NCBI RefSeq assembly: GCF_018977255.1 | Contig: NW_024704743.1 | Span: 110,114,001 to 110,178,000, forward strand | Reading direction: 5' to 3' | Source: Callorhinchus milii | Lineage: Eukaryota | DNA: 64,000 nucleotides | Part shown: positions 60,901-64,000 of the stretch, one piece after another | Numbering within the stretch: position 1 is the stretch's first letter | Layout of the letters: the number at the start of each line of letters is the position of its first letter | Notes under the pieces: generated by a model | Told to the model about the DNA's origin: nothing | Seen by the model: the letters and a program-made list of their open reading frames with translations, nothing else | Databases searched by the model: none | Made by a program: the position numbers and the translations under genes

Positions 60901-62014
60901 GATGATGTTCAGAGATTGAATGGCACTCCATCCTAATGAACAGCTTCTGAGTCAGAGGGTTGTGGATCCAAGCCTCTATGTCAGGACTTTGAGCTTATAG
61001 CCTCTAAACTGACTCTCCGATGCTCCAAATCAAAGTCCCATTTGACTGTTCAGGTGGACATTAAAGATCCCACAGCATTCCATCAGATCACCCCTTAACC
61101 TCCTAAACTCTACGGAATATAACACCAGTCTACTCAGCCTCTCATTATAGCTAAATCCCTTGTGAGTGATCCCTCTACCGAAAGGAAGAGGTATCTGCTC
61201 CCTAACTCGTCAATTGCTTTTACTATTTTAACAACAACTTGCATTTATACAGAGCCCTTCACATAGGGTAGAGTTCTGGAATACTTCATAGTGGCGGAGT
61301 CTGACAACAAGCCAAGGGAGAAGGAGGGGGTATTTATGAAACCTTGCTTTGCATAAAATGGCTGCTGTGTTTTGCCTAGAAAAACATTGCCTGTGAAATT
61401 ACATTATGACTTATAAAGCTCTATAAAAAGCCTCTTTTTTTTTCTTTCCTCAGCAAGAAAATGAATCATTCTTAATAAAGGACCAGATCCCATTCAATTT
61501 TGAATCCTACTGCAGTACTTTGTAGAACAGTTCTGGTGGTAATTTCATAAAATAAATCAAGAGACAGGCTCTCAATCTCTGAAATGCAAGATGTACATCA
61601 TAAGCTTTATATTAAGAACTCTGGAAACATTAATTTACCAATGGAGATGAGAGCTGGTCTTTAAAAGAGTATTTTATTATTTTATTATTATATTCTCATT
61701 CCACAGATAATTAGACTGATGTATTGCAATTTATCTATACACCTATAAAATCGAAAAGCCTCATCGCGCTTCATATGTAGTTACTGTCATCTGTAGTGAC
61801 TGTATTTGTAGGCAAATATTTCTTTCCAAGCTAGGTCATACAGACAGCCATGTGATGAATCAGTAATGGTTAACTGGACGTAGGCTGAAACTCCCCTCTC
61901 TGATTTCAAATCAAATTAGCAGCTTGTATATAACAACATTTACTTTCATTTCAAATTGCCTGCTGAGTTTGCCCACAAAACAGAGTCACTGCAGTTTATC
62001 TTAGCTATTATTTA

Positions 62015-62720
62015 CAACAACAACAACAACAAAGTGACATTTGTATACCGCCTTTTAAGTCAGGAGGATGTCCCAAGTGGACAGTCAGTGTTTCTGATCC
62101 GAGTTGGGGGTTGGGATTGGGGAGGTTGGAGAGCAGGGGCTATCGAGGGTGATTTAAAGCACAGTTGAACAGGAGGATCTTCAGATGGGTCTTGAAGGAG
62201 GCAAGGGAGGGGGCAAGGGGGAGGGATTGCGGGATGGAGTTCCAGAGGGTGGGGTCAAAGTGGCAGAAGGCCCGCCTGCCAATGGTGGGGTGGGCGAGGT
62301 GGGGGACGTGAAGCAGGTGAAGCAGCTCACTGAGCAGAGGAAGCGGACAGGATGGTAGGGTGTTAAGAGGTTGCAGAGGTAGGGGGAAGTGAGGCCATGA
62401 AGGTCTTTGAAGGTGAGGATCGGGATCTTGAACTGTATCCTCTGTGTGATGAGAAGCCAGTGGAGTCGGGCGAGATTGGGGGTGATGGAGCCATGGAGCC
62501 TGGTGTGGAAGAGGACACGAGCTGCATGACCTGGATGACCTGCAGCCTGTGGAGGGAGGAGTTGGGGAGGCCGACAAGCAGGGAGTTTGCATATTCAAGC
62601 CTGGATGTTATGAATGCGTGTATGAAGGTTTCGGCAGCCTGTGGTGTGAGACAATGGCAGAGTCGGGCAATGTTGGGGAGGTGGGCGAAGGCAGAATGGA
62701 TCATGGCGCGGATGTGGGTT
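62015..62720 (-). mobile_element. L2 LINE fragment
   Basis: NIARLCHCLTPQAAETFIHAFITSRLEY; (TTG)n tail. Confidence 0.9.
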
Positions 62721-63439
62721 ACCCTGCCATAGCCCTTCAAAATTTATGAGCGTCACAATCTATGATTCTCGGATATAAACTGTCCTTCGGAAGAAATGCT
62801 AAACCAAGGTTCCGCTTGCCTGTTCTGGTGGACGTTAAAGATTTCATGGCACTACTCAAAAAGAGAAGGGACTTTCTCCTGGTGTCCAGGACAACAATAC
62901 CTCAGAAAAAATTGGTCATTTCATGTCTGTTTGTGGGACATTGCTGTATGCAAATTGGCTGCTGCATTCACCTGGAGTGACTACACTTTACAGAATTATC
63001 TTGTTAAGCTTTCCAATGTCAAAGATGCTGTAAGAAATGCAAGGATTTCTGTTATAATCTTGAAAGTCTCAGTCAGGTCACCCCTTAACCTTCTCTGTTC
63101 CAATGAATATACTTTAATCTCATCTCTCATGCTTTATAATAATGTGTTTTTTTCTGCCTTCTTGAATTTACCAAAAGGATTTTGCAGATAACATCTGGGA
63201 ACTCAAAGCAACATAATCAATGTCTATCCACTGTCGTGCTCAGCTTATTGATTGCTGGCAGCTCATTCAGATAAATAACAATCAAAATCGCTATTTCAAA
63301 GAAATATGGAGTGTCTCTCCTGGTTATTTTGTCTTATATTCACCTCCTCATCCAAATTTATGCCCAAATTCTCACTAATTTTCAATTCACACCCTCACTC
63401 CTGCCTAACTGTAACCAACCTCTAGCCTCACTCATTTGC

Positions 63440-64000
63440 TCGTCCCTTCCACTCAGGAAACCAGCTGCACATCCAAGGTTTCAGCCAATATACCCCCTTA
63501 TACCCCTTGGATTTCTGTGCTGCCCACAGCACAGAAACAGCCATGGTCAAAGTGAAAAATTCTGTCCATCTGCGACCAGGGCTCCCTCTGCCTCCTCGTC
63601 CTCCTTGATCTCTCTGCTGCCTTTAACACTGTCGACCACTCTATCCTCATTCACTGCCTCTCCTCTCACCTCAATCTTCACAGCTCTGTCCTTGACTGGT
63701 TCAGATCATGCCTCTCACACCGCTTCCACTTTATCTCCACAAACGGTTTCTCCTCTAGCTCCCGGACCATCTCATGCGATGTTCCTCAGAGTTCTGTCCT
63801 TGGTCCCCTCCTCTTCAATATCTACATGCTCCCTCTTGGTGACATCATCTGCAGACATGGAGTCAACTTCCTCATGGATGCGGATGTCACTCAACTGTAC
63901 CTCTCTTCCTCCACTCTTGACTCCAGAACCACTGCTGTCCTGACAGAATGTCTGTCAGACATCAAGTCCTGGATGAGAGCTAATTTGCTTCAGTTGAATG
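63440..64000 (+). mobile_element. L2 LINE RT fragment running off the window end
   Basis: ctcctcgtcctccttgatctctctgctgccttt..., gttcctcagagttctgtccttggtcccctcctcttc ([12 protein letters not shown]). Confidence 0.88.

Noticed and set aside
1..64000. CRISPR array or prokaryotic-type system
   Set aside because: The sequence is eukaryotic with spliceosomal introns, and there is no regularly spaced repeat-spacer array.

Overview
Vertebrate genomic DNA, most likely from a cartilaginous fish (inferred from the L2/CR1/Deu-SINE/Penelope repeat content; a chimaera is plausible). Positions 1-25.1 kb hold the 3' part of the adhesion GPCR gene ADGRB1 (BAI1) on the + strand. I reconstructed 10 GT-AG coding exons with consistent phases (1537 nt), running from ECL2/TM5 to the C-terminal PDZ ligand QTEV*, followed by a 3' UTR. 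They include a 99-nt, frame-neutral third-intracellular-loop cassette exon of the BAI2/BAI3 type. The remaining ~39 kb has no supportable protein-coding gene. It consists of 5'-truncated L2 and CR1 LINEs, three related tRNA-headed SINE forms that share the L2 3' tail, candidate MITEs, a Penelope-like fragment with a minimal hammerhead-ribozyme motif, and several repeat-free islands that look like conserved non-coding elements. I found no clearly new biological system. The best leads are the ICL3 cassette exon, the hammerhead, the SINE evolutionary series, a pre-miRNA-sized hairpin and a palindromic C/EBP-ATF/AP-1 cluster. Homolog and repeat-family assignments are from memory, not database searches, and repeat boundaries are approximate.
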